The notes under the pieces are model-generated. The model was given only the letters and a program-made list of their open reading frames with translations, had not been told where the DNA came from and did not search any database. Below are positions 63,091 through 64,000 of a stretch of DNA of 64,000 nt, one piece after another (positions within the stretch are counted from its first letter, which is position 1; each line of letters begins with the position of its first letter). A program made the position numbers and the translations under genes. The stretch covers positions 5,886,587-5,950,586 of the forward strand of contig CM120648.1 in the NCBI GenBank assembly GCA_051362555.1. Reading direction: 5' to 3'. Origin of the DNA: Lingula anatina. Lineage: Eukaryota; Animalia; Brachiopoda.

Positions 63091-63471
63091 ATGAGAGGCA
63101 TTAATTTGAAGAAAATCCTCATCTTTATTGTCGCGTTTGTGATGTTTTCTTTGGCCTTAACAGACGCACAGATCAGTTCGGCGACCTTCAATATGCCGGA
63201 CACCGTTGACGGCGCGGTAAACATAAACGTCACACTCAATGGATCTGTTTTGGACAGGTTCAGCGTCCGCTCCAAACTCGAATGTTTTTCATATTGCTTA
63301 GAAAGTGCACAATGTGTGTCGGTAAACGTCGGTCTGGTGGAAGAGTCCTGGATTTGCGAGATGAACAGTGCGGAGGCAGTGAGTGCTAACCTTATGTATA
63401 AAGAAGGTTACAATATATTTCTGAAGGTAAAAGATCGTCAGATTTATTTCCAGTCTTATTACGAACTTTAA
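63091..63471 (+). CDS. Secreted PAN/apple-domain protein (complete small ORF or first coding exon)
   Basis: Signal peptide MRGINLKKILIFIVAFVMFSLALTDA, then RSKLECFSYCLESAQCVSVN...CEMN (CxxxC-x5-C...C). An acceptor just upstream (ttttaaacag) and a possible donor AAG|gtaaaa at 63426 suggest the gene may continue past the window. Confidence 0.72.
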   Translation: MRGINLKKILIFIVAFVMFSLALTDAQISSATFNMPDTVDGAVNINVTLNGSVLDRFSVRSKLECFSYCLESAQCVSVNVGLVEESWICEMNSAEAVSANLMYKEGYNIFLKVKDRQIYFQSYYEL

Positions 63472-64000
63472 ATAAACTTAAGATTTATTTCATAGCCGAG
63501 TCTTGTCAAAAATGCCACGGTTTTGATGTAAATCATAGTATAATACACATTAATGTTGTTCAGTGTACAGTGTTCAAATTTTTATACTTTGTCTACACAC
63601 ACAAACGCGCATGCACCACTTTATGAATCTTACTGGTATCTTAAAACATTTCTAGTAAAAAGAGAAAGTTTGCATTTTGTGTATTTAACAAGTACATGTA
63701 TGATACAAAGCACTGTTTCGTTCTAATTTGTTTTAATTGATTACGGTAATGTAATGATAAATGTGAAATATTGATTTTATTTGACAAGAATTTACCACCG
63801 GGTGAGTATAAGTACAATTTAAGAATAGATAAAAGTTCAAAACTTTTAATGCTGCATTGAGGTTGTACGTTTTTTAAGTGCTGTATTAACTATTTTCGTC
63901 TTTCATTTTAAATTCCTTCAGTTTATGTTACTTCTTGTCCTTTATATGAAGTTTTATATTTTAGATCTAAGATTATTTTTCTGTGCTTTTTGCACAGTCT

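Overview
AT-rich, intron-containing animal genomic DNA; the gene families suggest a lophotrochozoan such as a mollusc (inference, species not determinable). I reconstructed the following by hand-splicing. (1) A complete 14-exon clan-3/CYP3A-like cytochrome P450 on the minus strand (8008->222, ~520 aa). (2) A tandem array of four intact 3-exon minus-strand genes (~695-710 aa). Each encodes signal peptide + Ser/Thr mucin-like stalk + atypical somatomedin-B-like domain + twin Cys-rich modules + a C-terminal hydrophobic GPI-type tail. They resemble adhesion-GPCR-type ectodomains without a 7TM, and the 92-95 nt middle exon is missing from the ORF track. (3) A 15-exon SLC5 sodium/sugar-inositol cotransporter on the plus strand (47021->62111, ~674 aa) with unusual substrate-site residues. 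An intronless class A GPCR is nested on the same strand in its first intron. (4) A signal-peptide PAN/apple-domain gene at the right edge. There are also many small transposons (Tc1/mariner relics, Harbinger-type and 5-bp-TSD MITEs, Helentron-type HINEs, a tRNA-derived SINE), several with empty sites in sister repeat units. All exon calls come from reading frame and GT-AG inspection only, with no transcript or database support.
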